The translations under genes were made by a program, and so were the position numbers. DNA of 30,660 bases from Planctomycetota bacterium (GTDB lineage Bacteria; Planctomycetota; GCA-002687715; CAIWVZ01). The DNA is taken from the NCBI GenBank assembly GCA_035626575.1, contig DASPNK010000456.1, positions 1-30,660 on the forward strand, given 5' to 3'. Positions 6,615 to 15,793 of this stretch are shown here, piece by piece (within the stretch, counting starts at the first letter, position 1; each line of letters starts with the position of its first letter). Under the pieces are notes generated by a model that saw nothing but the letters and a program-made list of their open reading frames with translations, was not told the DNA's origin and did no database searches.

Positions 6615-7124
6615 ATGGACGTCATCCTCATCCGCGACGTCGACAAGCTCGGCAAGCGCGGCGCCCGCGTGGCGGTGAAGCCCGGTTTCGCGCGGAACTT
6701 CCTCCTTCCGTTCGGCCACGCCGTGTTGCCGACCGCCGACAACATCCGGCGCACCGAGTCGCAGAAGAAGAAGTGGCTCGCCGAAGACGCCAAGCTCGTC
6801 GAAGCCGCGCGCGGCCTCGCCGACATGCTCAAGGACGTGACTCTCTCCTTCCTGGAGAAGGCGTCCGACGAAGGTCGCCTCTACGGCTCGGTCAACGACA
6901 AGCTCGTCGCGGCGAAGCTCGCCGAGAAGGGCTACAAGATCGATCCGCGCACCGTGCGCCTCGACGCCCCGATCCGCGAGATCGGCGACTACCAGGTGCG
7001 CCTCCGGTTCCACTCCGACGTGGAGCTGCGCATGCCCGTCCGCGTCCGCGCGGAGGGCTTCGAGAACTGGGAGCCCGGCATGCCGATGCAGCGCCAGGCC
7101 CAGGTCGACGCTCCGAAGGCCTGA
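6615..7124 (+). CDS. rplI: 50S ribosomal protein bL9
   Basis: MDVILIRDVDKLGKRG..V.VKPGFARNFLLP, GRLYGSV, PIREIGDY.V.LRFHSDV. Confidence 0.95.
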   Translation: MDVILIRDVDKLGKRGARVAVKPGFARNFLLPFGHAVLPTADNIRRTESQKKKWLAEDAKLVEAARGLADMLKDVTLSFLEKASDEGRLYGSVNDKLVAAKLAEKGYKIDPRTVRLDAPIREIGDYQVRLRFHSDVELRMPVRVRAEGFENWEPGMPMQRQAQVDAPKA

Positions 7125-7135
7125 CCGATCCGTCC

Positions 7136-7160
7136 GGCCGCGGCGCGCGTCGCCGCGGCC
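7136..7160 (+). other. 10-bp GC hairpin without U-tract between rplI and dnaB
   Basis: GGCCGCGGCG-CGCGT-CGCCGCGGCC. Confidence 0.55.
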
Positions 7161-7198
7161 CGCGGCCGCCCGACGTTCCCACCGCAGGAGGCGCTCGC

Positions 7199-8536
7199 GT
7201 GCACGACCCGGTCGACGGCGGCGTCAAGCCGCCTTACGACCCCGAGGCCGAGATGTGCGCCCTCGGGTCGGTCCTCCTGGACAACGCCGTCCTCGACGAC
7301 CTCGTCCGCTACGTCGGCGCGGACGACTTCTATCACCGCGCGAACCAGCTGATCTTCGAGGCGATCAAAGCCCTCGGGGAGCAGGTGGACGTGGTCACCC
7401 TCAACGCCGAGCTGTCGCGGCGGGGCGTGCTCGACCAGGTGGGCGGCAAGAAGTACCTCGCCGACCTGATGGAGGCGGTCCCCTCCGCGCACAACGTCTC
7501 GGCCTACGCGAAGCTCGTCCGCGACTGCGCGGTCCGCCGGCGGCTTCTCCGGGCGTCCGAGGAGATCCGCGGTCGCGCGCTCCACGGGGGAAAGACGCAG
7601 GACCTCCTCGACTTCGCCGAGCAGGCGGTTTTCGACATCGCCCACGAAGGGTCGCGCTCGGGCACGGTGCGCGTCGGCGACGTGCTGATCGACGTCTTCA
7701 AGCAGCTCGACGCGCTCGTCGGCACGCAGGGCGGCATCACCGGCGTCGATACCGGCTTCTTCCAGCTGAACGAGATCACCGCCGGTTTCCAGCCCGGCGA
7801 CCTGATCGTGATCGCCGCGCGCCCGTCGATGGGGAAGACCACCTTCACCCTGAACTGCGCGCTCAACGCCGCGAAGCTCCAGGGCCGGACCGTCCTCTTC
7901 TTCAGCCTCGAAATGGCGGCCGAGCAGATCGTCACCAACCTGCTCTGCTGCGAGGCGCAGGTGGACGCCTCCCGCGTGCGCCGCGGGCAGATGACCCACC
8001 ACGACTACGGCAAGTGGAACGAGGCCGCCGGCAAGCTGCACGAGCTGCGCTTTTTCGTCGACGCGACGCCGGGCATTTCTCCGGTCGCCATCCGCACCAA
8101 GGCGCGCCGGCTGCTGGCGCGCGAGAAGGCCCTCGACCTCGTGGTGGTCGACTACCTCCAGCTCATGTCGGGCGGCGACGCCGAGTCCCGGCAGCAGGAG
8201 ATCGCCGCGATTTCCCGCTCGCTGAAAGAGCTGGCGCGCGACCTCCGCTGCCCCGTGATCGCGCTTTCGCAGCTCAACCGCGCGCTCGAGTCCCGCAAGG
8301 ACCACCGGCCGATGATGTCCGACCTGCGCGAGTCGGGCGCCATCGAGCAGGACGCCGACCTCATCCTCTTCCTGCACCGCGAGGACTACTATTCCGGCGA
8401 AGCGGTCCCCGGCGATTTCGCCAGGGTGATGGAGATCATCGTGGCGAAGCAGCGCAACGGGCGCACCGGCAAGGTCGAGCTGAACTTTCTGCCGCATCAG
8501 TTCCGCTTCGAGAACAAGTCCGAGGGCTACGCATGA
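7199..8536 (+). CDS. dnaB: Replicative DNA helicase DnaB (445 aa, no intein)
   Basis: Start moved from the track's 6773 to GTG 7199 (AGGAGG 7 nt upstream). PPYDPEAE, Walker A ARPSMGKT, FSLEM, VVVDYLQLM, SQLNR, SDLRESGAIEQDAD, AKQRNG. Confidence 0.96.
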   Translation: MHDPVDGGVKPPYDPEAEMCALGSVLLDNAVLDDLVRYVGADDFYHRANQLIFEAIKALGEQVDVVTLNAELSRRGVLDQVGGKKYLADLMEAVPSAHNVSAYAKLVRDCAVRRRLLRASEEIRGRALHGGKTQDLLDFAEQAVFDIAHEGSRSGTVRVGDVLIDVFKQLDALVGTQGGITGVDTGFFQLNEITAGFQPGDLIVIAARPSMGKTTFTLNCALNAAKLQGRTVLFFSLEMAAEQIVTNLLCCEAQVDASRVRRGQMTHHDYGKWNEAAGKLHELRFFVDATPGISPVAIRTKARRLLAREKALDLVVVDYLQLMSGGDAESRQQEIAAISRSLKELARDLRCPVIALSQLNRALESRKDHRPMMSDLRESGAIEQDADLILFLHREDYYSGEAVPGDFARVMEIIVAKQRNGRTGKVELNFLPHQFRFENKSEGYA

Positions 8537-10956
8537 TCGGGTTCCGCGTCCCCCTCGCGGCCTGCGCGCTCGTCCTTCTCGCCGTCGCTCCCGCGGCGGC
8601 GCAGGATCAGGACGAGGGGCGGACGGTCGTCGCGATCGAGTTCGTCGAGCTGCGGCGCCTGTCGCCGGAGGCGGTGAAGGCGCAGATGGCGCTGAAGGAG
8701 GGCCGGCCCTTCTCCCGCGAGCTGCTGCAGCGCGACATCAAGACGCTGGTCGCGAACGACATCTTCTTCAACGTCCGCGAGGCGACCGTGCGCCCCGACC
8801 CTTCGGGCCAGGGCGTGATCGTGCGCATCAACGGCGAGGAGAACGAGCGCGTCCTCGACGTGATGTTCTTCGGCATGATCGACGCCGATCGCGAGGATCT
8901 CGCGCCGCTGGTGAAGACCCGCGCGGGAGGGCTCGCCGACGCGTTCACGCTCGAGATCGACCGGCGGGACATCGTCGACTGGTACCGGAAGAAAGGCTTC
9001 CACTACGTACAGGTGGAGGTGGTGCGGAGCCGGCTGGAAGGCGTCGAAGACGGGGTGGTGATCGTCTTCCGCATCACCGAGGGGCCCGAGGTCGAGATCG
9101 AGGAGGTGATCTTCGAGGGGAACCATTCCTTCTCGAAGGGCAAGCTCCTGAAGGCGATGAAGGAGACGTCCGAGGACGGCTTCCTCCGCGACGCCACGTT
9201 CGTGCTCGAAGAAGTCCAGCGCGACGTCGTCGCGCTCAACCGCTTCTACCAGGGCGAGGGCTATCTCGACGCCCGCGCGACGTTAATGGGCTTCGAGCCC
9301 ACGCCGGACTTCGAAGACGTCACGGTGCGCATCCGCATCGAAGAGGGCCGCAGGTACTTCGTGCGCGGCGTGCGCATCGAAGGCGTGACGCTGCTCGACG
9401 TCGCCGCGCTGCACGCCGAATTGGAGACCCTCCCCGGCGCGCCCTACCGGCCGGCGGGAGAAACGGCCAAGGACGTCCGTCGCATCCTCGACCGCTACCA
9501 GGAGCTCGCCTACCTCAACGCCGACGTCCGCGACGCCGCGACGGTCGACCTCGAGTCCAACCTCGTCGACGTCGTCATCCGCGTCGTCGAAGGGGAGAAG
9601 ATCTACGTCGGCGAGATCCGCATCCGGAACAACCTCGAGACCCGCGACAACGTCATCCGCCGCGAAATCGAGCTGTTCACCGGCGAACCGCTCAACCAGA
9701 AGAAGCTCGACAAGGCGCGCCGCCGCATCCAGGCCCTCGGTTACTGGGAGCAGTCGCCTCGGGGTTCGGTCGTCGAAGATCCGGTCATCCCGACGGCGTC
9801 GTTCGACGTCTATCGCGAGGCCTACGTCACGCTCCGCGACACCAACCGCGAGAACGTGAAGGACGTTGTCGTGGACGTCGTCGAGCGCGACACGGGGAGC
9901 ATCCGCTTCGCGGTCGGCATCGGCTCCAACGACGGGCTCATCGGCGACGTCACCTATCAGAAGAACAACTTCGACCCGTTCGACCTGCCCGAGGGCTTCG
10001 GCGACATCCTCGACGCCTTCACCGGAGGCGGCGACACGCTGATCCTTTCGGCGGCGCCGGGCTCGCGCTACTCGCGCTTCGGCGCGACCTACGTCAACCC
10101 GCGCGTGGGCGACGGCCCGTACTCGTTCCGGCAGGACCTGTACAAGTCGTTCTACCGGCGCGAAGAGTGGCGCGAAGACCGACTCGGCGGCCGCACGTCG
10201 GTGGGCCGTCGGCTCGGCGAGGACATGAGCGCCGGGATCAGCCTCCGCAACGAAGTGGTCGACGTGCGGCGCATCTCGACGAACGCGCCGCAGATCGTCT
10301 TCGACTTCGAAGGCGAGAACCTGGTCTCCGCCTTGCAGCTCGACTGGCGCCTCGCGCAGCTCGACGACTTTCTCGACCCCACCGACGGCTTCGTGGTCAC
10401 CGCGGCCATCGAGCACGCGGGCCTCTGGGGCGACATCCATTTCAACCAGGTGCTGGTCGAAGGCGAGTACTACATTCCGCTCGGCGAAGACGAAGAGGAG
10501 CGCGCGCACGTGCTGCGCCTCGACGCCCGCGCCGGCTGGATGAACGAATACGGCGATTCGCACGACGTGCCGGTCTACGAGCGGTTCTTCCTCGGCGGGC
10601 ACGGCTCGCTGCGCGGCTTCCGCTTCCGCGGCGCCGGCCCGCACGAGAACGGCACGCCGACCGGCGGCAAGGCGCTGTGGACCGCCGGCGCCGAATACGC
10701 GTATCCGATCTTCGGCGACGGCACGCCGGGGTCGCCGAACCTGCGCGGCGTGTTCTTCGTCGACACCGGATCGCTCGCGTCCTCGTGGAGCGACTCCGAC
10801 ATCGGCGACGTCCGCGTGTCGGTTGGGTTCGGTTTCCGCGTCGTGGTACCGTTCCTCGGTCCGCGTCCGATCGCCATCGATTTCGGGTTCCCGCTGAGGA
10901 AGTCCGACGGCGACGAAGAGCGGTTGCTGTCCTTCAGCTTCGGTTCGAACTTCTGA
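8533..10956 (+). CDS. bamA: Outer-membrane protein assembly factor BamA (5 POTRA + barrel, 807 aa)
   Basis: Start at ATG 8533 (ATGA overlap with dnaB); signal peptide AAA-Q; five POTRA-like units; ETRDNVIRRE, ERFFLGG..SLRGF, C-terminal FSFGSNF; followed by skp-lpxD. Confidence 0.93.
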   Translation: MIGFRVPLAACALVLLAVAPAAAQDQDEGRTVVAIEFVELRRLSPEAVKAQMALKEGRPFSRELLQRDIKTLVANDIFFNVREATVRPDPSGQGVIVRINGEENERVLDVMFFGMIDADREDLAPLVKTRAGGLADAFTLEIDRRDIVDWYRKKGFHYVQVEVVRSRLEGVEDGVVIVFRITEGPEVEIEEVIFEGNHSFSKGKLLKAMKETSEDGFLRDATFVLEEVQRDVVALNRFYQGEGYLDARATLMGFEPTPDFEDVTVRIRIEEGRRYFVRGVRIEGVTLLDVAALHAELETLPGAPYRPAGETAKDVRRILDRYQELAYLNADVRDAATVDLESNLVDVVIRVVEGEKIYVGEIRIRNNLETRDNVIRREIELFTGEPLNQKKLDKARRRIQALGYWEQSPRGSVVEDPVIPTASFDVYREAYVTLRDTNRENVKDVVVDVVERDTGSIRFAVGIGSNDGLIGDVTYQKNNFDPFDLPEGFGDILDAFTGGGDTLILSAAPGSRYSRFGATYVNPRVGDGPYSFRQDLYKSFYRREEWREDRLGGRTSVGRRLGEDMSAGISLRNEVVDVRRISTNAPQIVFDFEGENLVSALQLDWRLAQLDDFLDPTDGFVVTAAIEHAGLWGDIHFNQVLVEGEYYIPLGEDEEERAHVLRLDARAGWMNEYGDSHDVPVYERFFLGGHGSLRGFRFRGAGPHENGTPTGGKALWTAGAEYAYPIFGDGTPGSPNLRGVFFVDTGSLASSWSDSDIGDVRVSVGFGFRVVVPFLGPRPIAIDFGFPLRKSDGDEERLLSFSFGSNF

Positions 10957-10986
10957 CCGTCGACCCGGCCGGCGGGCCGGAGCGCG

Positions 10987-11006
10987 CCGCGCGCCGTAGC
11001 GCGCGG
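10987..11006 (+). other. 8-bp GC hairpin between bamA and skp
   Basis: CCGCGCGC-CGTA-GCGCGCGG; no U-tract. Confidence 0.45.
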
Positions 11007-11058
11007 GGCCCCGACCCCGCGACCTGCGCCGCGGACCCTCCGCAGTCAAAGGAACGCC

Positions 11059-11613
11059 ATGCGTCGCACCTTCCTCGCTTCGTTCGTCGCCCTCTTCCTG
11101 TGCGGAGCCGCCTCCGCTCAGGCGCCGGTTCCGCCCTTCGCCGTCGTCGACTTCGGCAAGGCGATCCTCGAGTACAAGAAGCACGCGGAGATGAACTCCA
11201 AGCTCGAGCAGGAGCTGGAGGCGGTCAAGGCGAGCGTGCACCGCGAGCGGCAACGCATCGCGGCGCTGAAGGAAGGCCTCGACCTGTTCATCGAGGGGTC
11301 GCGCGAGCGTCTCGACCAGGAGAAGAAGATCCGCCTCGCCGAGATCGAGGTCGATCTCAACACCAAGCTCGCCGCCTACGAGATCCAGGGCCGTATCGCC
11401 GAGAACCTGAAGAAGGTCTACGGCGACGTCGCGGACACGGCGAAGAAGATCGCCGAGGAGCGCGGCATCAAGCTGGTCATCTCCTACAACGGGAACCCGA
11501 TCACGGCGAAGACGGAAGAGGGCGTGAAGAACGCCATCATCACCCGCGCCGTGCTGTACGCCGACCCCTCGATCGATCTGACCGCCGAGGTGGTGGCGCG
11601 CCTCAACAAGTGA
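11059..11613 (+). CDS. skp: Periplasmic chaperone Skp/OmpH
   Basis: Signal peptide, [10 protein letters not shown], long coiled coil, [19 protein letters not shown]; sits between bamA and lpxD. Confidence 0.87.
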   Translation: MRRTFLASFVALFLCGAASAQAPVPPFAVVDFGKAILEYKKHAEMNSKLEQELEAVKASVHRERQRIAALKEGLDLFIEGSRERLDQEKKIRLAEIEVDLNTKLAAYEIQGRIAENLKKVYGDVADTAKKIAEERGIKLVISYNGNPITAKTEEGVKNAIITRAVLYADPSIDLTAEVVARLNK

Positions 11614-11617
11614 TCCC

Positions 11618-12673
11618 GTGATCACCACCGTCCGCGAGCTGGCGGCGTTGGTCGGCGGCCGCGTGGTCGGGAACGCCGACGCCGTCGTCGTCGGGTTCGC
11701 CGGCATCGAGACCGCCGGGCCGGGCCAGATCACGTTCGTCGCGCAGGAGAAGTGGCGCGCGGCTCTCAAGACGACCGCCGCCGCCTGCGTGGTCGTGCAG
11801 GAGGAGGACCCCGCCTGCGCCGCGGCGCAGATCGTGGTCGCCGACGCGAACCTCGCCTTCGCGCGCCTCGTGGCGACGGTGTCGCACCGCCGCGCCCTCG
11901 GCGCCGGCGGCGTCGACCGCGCCGCCCACGTGCATCCCGACGCGAAGGTCGATCCCACGGCCGCCGTCCGGCCCGGGGCGGTCGTCGCGGCCCGCGCCGT
12001 CGTCGGGCCGCGCACCGTCGTGGGGGCGAACGCGTACGTCGGCGAAGGCGCCGTGGTCGGCGCCGACTGCCTGCTGCACGCGGGCTGCGCGGTGCTCGAC
12101 GACGTGAAGGTCGGCGACCGCTGCATCCTGCACGCGGGCGCCGTCGTCGGCTCCGACGGCTTCGGCTTCGCGACCGACGCGCGCGGCGTGCATCACAAGA
12201 TCCCCCAGGTGGGCACCGTGGTCGTCGAAGACGACGTCGAGATCGGCGCCAACGCCTGCGTCGACCGCGCGCGCTTCGACGAGACCCGCGTCGGCCGCGG
12301 GACGAAGATCGACAACCTCGTGCAGATCGGCCACAACGTCGCGATCGGGTCGAACTGCCTCCTGGTCGCGCACTCCGGCGTCGCGGGCTCGACGGTCCTC
12401 GGGCGCAACGTCGTCCTCGGGGCGATGACCGGCGTGACCGGCCACGTGAAGCTCGGGGACGGCGCGCAGGTCGCCGCCATGAGCGGCGTGAGCAAGGATC
12501 TCGACGGCGGGCAGGGCTACCTCGGCGTGCCGGCGAAGCCGTACCGCGAGGGTCTGAAAGTGCGCGCGCTCACGCAGCAGCTCCCCGAGCTGAACGAACG
12601 CCTGAAGCAGGCGCTCGACCGCATCGCCCGGCTCGAAGCGAAGCTCGCCGCCGCGGAGGGCGCGCCTTCGTGA
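11618..12673 (+). CDS. lpxD: UDP-3-O-acylglucosamine N-acyltransferase
   Basis: ITFV, hexapeptide repeats, [37 protein letters not shown]. Confidence 0.95.
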   Translation: MITTVRELAALVGGRVVGNADAVVVGFAGIETAGPGQITFVAQEKWRAALKTTAAACVVVQEEDPACAAAQIVVADANLAFARLVATVSHRRALGAGGVDRAAHVHPDAKVDPTAAVRPGAVVAARAVVGPRTVVGANAYVGEGAVVGADCLLHAGCAVLDDVKVGDRCILHAGAVVGSDGFGFATDARGVHHKIPQVGTVVVEDDVEIGANACVDRARFDETRVGRGTKIDNLVQIGHNVAIGSNCLLVAHSGVAGSTVLGRNVVLGAMTGVTGHVKLGDGAQVAAMSGVSKDLDGGQGYLGVPAKPYREGLKVRALTQQLPELNERLKQALDRIARLEAKLAAAEGAPS

Positions 12674-13962
12674 GGAATCAGCGCACCCTCGCGCGCCCGG
12701 TGACCCTGCGCGGCGTCGCGCTCCATTCGGGGCGCGAAGTCACGCTGACGGTGAAGCCCGCCGAGCCGGACGCGGGCGTGAGCTTCGTGCGCGTCGACGT
12801 GCCCGGCCGTCCCCGCATCCCGCTCGACCGGCGCTCCGCGACGCGCCGCGACCGTCAGACCGCGGTCACCGACGGCAAGGTCGAGGTCGGCACCGTCGAG
12901 CACCTCGCCTCCGGGCTGTTCGTCCTCGGCGTCGACAACGTGACGTGCGAAGTCGACGGCGACGAGCTGCCCGGTCTCGACGGCTCCGCGCTGCAGTACG
13001 CCGAGGCGCTCCGGGAAGCGGGCCGCGTCGAGCAGAAGGCGCCGCGCCGCACGCTGGTGCTCGACAAGCCTGTCGCCGTCTCCGTCGGGGACGGCGCCAT
13101 CAGCGCGTTCCCGAACCCGGGCGGTCTGAAGGTCTCGTACACGCTCGACTACGGCCGCGCCCCCGGCCTCCGGCCTCAGCACGTCGTGGTCGACGTCTCC
13201 GAGGAGAAGTTCTTCTCGCAGGTCGCGCCCGCCCGCACGTTCTGCCTCGAGGCCGAAGCGCGGAAGCTCCAGGAGATGGGGTTCGGCAAAGGCGCCAATA
13301 CGCGCAACACGCTGGTGATCGGCGAGCACGGGCTCGTCGACAACGCCTACGTCCTCGAAGACGAGCCCGCGCGCCACAAGGTGCTCGACCTGCTCGGCGA
13401 CCTGCTCATGCTCGGGTCGGACCTGCAGGCCCACGTGGTGGCGGTGAAGACGGGGCACAAGGCGAACCTCGAGCTGGTGCACCGGCTCGCCGAGCGTCAG
13501 GAGGCCAAGGCCGGCGCGACGCTGCCCGAGGGCGCGCTCGACGTGAAGGAGATCATGAAGATCATCCCTCACCGCGCGCCGTTCCTCTTCGTCGACCGCG
13601 TGCTCTCGCTGGAGGGTTACCAGCGCGCCGTCGGGGTGAAGAACGTCTCGATCAACGAGCCGTACTTCGACGGACACTGGCCGGGCCAGCCGATCCTTCC
13701 GGGCGTCGTCCAGGTGGAGGCGCTCGCCCAGCTCGCGGGGGTTCTGCTCCTCCGCCGCCTCGCCAACACGCAGAAGGTGGCGGTGATGCTCGCCATCGAC
13801 AAGATCAAGTTCCGCCGCCCCGTCACGCCCGGCGACCAGCTCCGCCTCGAATGCGAGACGCTGTCGATCCGCGCGAGCTCGGCGAAGGTGCACGGCCGCG
13901 CGTCGGTCGACGGCGAGTCGACCTGCGAGACCGTGATGAAGTTCATGATGATGGACGCATGA
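12670..13962 (+). CDS. lpxC: Bifunctional LpxC (UDP-3-O-acyl-GlcNAc deacetylase) - FabZ (3-hydroxyacyl-ACP dehydratase), 430 aa
   Basis: Start GTG 12670 (GTGA overlap). LpxC: [33 protein letters not shown]. FabZ: [43 protein letters not shown]. Confidence 0.95.
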   Translation: MRNQRTLARPVTLRGVALHSGREVTLTVKPAEPDAGVSFVRVDVPGRPRIPLDRRSATRRDRQTAVTDGKVEVGTVEHLASGLFVLGVDNVTCEVDGDELPGLDGSALQYAEALREAGRVEQKAPRRTLVLDKPVAVSVGDGAISAFPNPGGLKVSYTLDYGRAPGLRPQHVVVDVSEEKFFSQVAPARTFCLEAEARKLQEMGFGKGANTRNTLVIGEHGLVDNAYVLEDEPARHKVLDLLGDLLMLGSDLQAHVVAVKTGHKANLELVHRLAERQEAKAGATLPEGALDVKEIMKIIPHRAPFLFVDRVLSLEGYQRAVGVKNVSINEPYFDGHWPGQPILPGVVQVEALAQLAGVLLLRRLANTQKVAVMLAIDKIKFRRPVTPGDQLRLECETLSIRASSAKVHGRASVDGESTCETVMKFMMMDA

Positions 13963-14777
13963 CGGTCATGGAGGGAACCGCGCCGACGCGCATCCATCCC
14001 ACCGCGGTGATCGACCCGAGCGCCGAGATCGGCCCGGGGTGCGACGTCGGCCCTTACGCCGTCGTCCGCGCCGGCGTGCAGATGGGCGCGAACTGCCGTA
14101 TCGGCGCGTGGTCGAGCGTCGGACCCTGGGTGCGGCTCGGGCGCGACAACACGGTCTACGACCACGCCGCCGTCGGCGGCGACCCGCAGGACAAGAGCTG
14201 GCGCGGCGAGCCCACCTGGCTCGTCCTCGGCGACGGGAACCAGGTGCGCGAGTTCGCCACCCTCAACCGCGGGACGTCGAAGGGCGACGGCGTGACGCGC
14301 ATCGGGAACCGCAACCTCTTCATGGCGTGCTCGCACGTCGCGCACGACTGCACGGTGGGCGACGGCTGCGTCTTCGCCAACAACGTCCTGCTGGCGGGCC
14401 ACGTCTTCGTCGAAGACGGCGCCATCCTCAACGGCGCGGCGGGCGTGCAACAGTTCACCACCGTCGGGCGACTCGCCTACGTCGGCGGGCTGACGCGCAT
14501 CGTGCACGACGTGCCGCCGTACATGATCGTCGAGGGCAACCCGGCGAAGGTGCGCAAGCCCAACGTCGTCGGCATGCAGCGCGCGGGCGTCCCCGAGGAG
14601 CGCATCGCCGCCGTGCGCGAGGCGCATCGCATGCTCTTCCGCAGCAAGCGCCCGCAATCGGAGGTCCTCGACGAGCTGGTCGGCCGCGCCGACGCCTCGC
14701 CGGAGACGCTGGAGCTGGTCGCGTTCCTGCGCCGCGTCGAGAAGGGCGCCAACGGCCGCGCCCGCGAGAAGAAGTGA
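13959..14777 (+). CDS. lpxA: Acyl-ACP--UDP-GlcNAc acyltransferase
   Basis: Start ATG 13959 (ATGA overlap; 13968 also possible). IHPTAVID, PQDK, IREF-like VREFATLNRGT, HVAHDC, LAGHV, HDVPPY, GNPA. Confidence 0.95.
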   Translation: MTVMEGTAPTRIHPTAVIDPSAEIGPGCDVGPYAVVRAGVQMGANCRIGAWSSVGPWVRLGRDNTVYDHAAVGGDPQDKSWRGEPTWLVLGDGNQVREFATLNRGTSKGDGVTRIGNRNLFMACSHVAHDCTVGDGCVFANNVLLAGHVFVEDGAILNGAAGVQQFTTVGRLAYVGGLTRIVHDVPPYMIVEGNPAKVRKPNVVGMQRAGVPEERIAAVREAHRMLFRSKRPQSEVLDELVGRADASPETLELVAFLRRVEKGANGRAREKK

Positions 14778-15793
14778 GCGCCGAGCCCCTCGCGGTCGCC
14801 GTCGTCGGCGCCGGCCATCTGGGGCGCATCCACGCCCGCATCCTCTCGGAGCTTCCCGGCGTCCGCCTCGCGGCGGTCGTCGACGCCGACCCGGAGCGCG
14901 CACGCGCCGTCGCCAAAGAGCGCCGCTGCCCCGCGTTGATCGACGCGTCCCAGCTCCCGGCCGACGTTCGGGCGGCGGTCGTCGCGACGCCCACCCGCAC
15001 GCACCACGCCGTCGCCGGCCCCCTGCTCGACCGCGGCGTCGCGTGCCTCGTCGAGAAGCCGATCACCGCGACCGTCGCCGAGGCGCGGGACCTGGTCGAC
15101 CGCGCCGCGCGCTCCGGCGCGACGTTGATGGCGGGCCACGTCGAGCGCTTCAACCCGGCGGTGATCGCGCTCATGGAGCGCGGGCTCAGGCCCCGGTTCT
15201 TCGAGGCGCACCGCGTCTCGCCGTTCAGCTTCCGCTCGGTCGACGTCGGCGTGGTGCTGGACATGATGATCCACGACCTCGACATCGTGCTGCACCTCGC
15301 CCGGTCTCCGCTGCGCCGCGTGGACGCGGTCGGCGTCGCGGTCACCGGCGAGCACGAAGACCTCGCCAACGCGCGCCTCGAGTTCGAGAACGGCGCCGTG
15401 GCCAACCTCACCGCCTCGCGGCTCGCGCTCAAGACCGAGCGCAAGCTCCGCATGTTCGCGCCGGGCTGCTACGCGACGATCGACTTCTTCAAGCGCGAGT
15501 CGCAGATCATCCGCCCCGGCGCCGATCTGAAGCGCGCGCTGGCCGACGGCAAGGCCGCGCTCGGCGCCGTCACGCCGCTGCAGCTCATGACGCGCGACCT
15601 TCTCCGCATCGAGAAGCCTCCGGTGAAGGAGGAGGAGTCGCTGAAGCGCGAGGACGCGGAGTTCCTCGCGGCGGTGCGCGAGCGCCGGGCGCCGGCCGTG
15701 ACCGGCGCGGACGGCCTCGCCGCGGTGGAGGCCGCCGATCGCATCACCGCTTCGCTGCGCGCGCGCGCCGAAGCGGACCGGGAGCCGACCTGA
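14774..15793 (+). CDS. Gfo/Idh/MocA-family NAD-dependent oxidoreductase, GnnA-like (UDP-GlcNAc 3-dehydrogenase candidate), 339 aa
   Basis: Start GTG 14774 overlapping the lpxA stop. VGAGHLGRIH, LVEKP, GHVERFNP, DVGVVLDMMIHDLD, ANLTASR. Confidence 0.85.
   Translation: MSAEPLAVAVVGAGHLGRIHARILSELPGVRLAAVVDADPERARAVAKERRCPALIDASQLPADVRAAVVATPTRTHHAVAGPLLDRGVACLVEKPITATVAEARDLVDRAARSGATLMAGHVERFNPAVIALMERGLRPRFFEAHRVSPFSFRSVDVGVVLDMMIHDLDIVLHLARSPLRRVDAVGVAVTGEHEDLANARLEFENGAVANLTASRLALKTERKLRMFAPGCYATIDFFKRESQIIRPGADLKRALADGKAALGAVTPLQLMTRDLLRIEKPPVKEEESLKREDAEFLAAVRERRAPAVTGADGLAAVEAADRITASLRARAEADREPT

Noticed and set aside
7199-8536. Intein in DnaB
   Set aside because: The protein is 445 aa and the helicase motifs are contiguous.
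7255-10956. Track ORFs suggesting giant fusions (1233-aa BamA, 587-aa DnaB, 736-aa LpxC, 610-aa LpxA, 584-aa oxidoreductase, 1126-aa GT2)
   Set aside because: The N-terminal extensions are off-frame read-throughs of upstream genes; real starts are at ATGA/GTGA overlaps or SD-supported codons.
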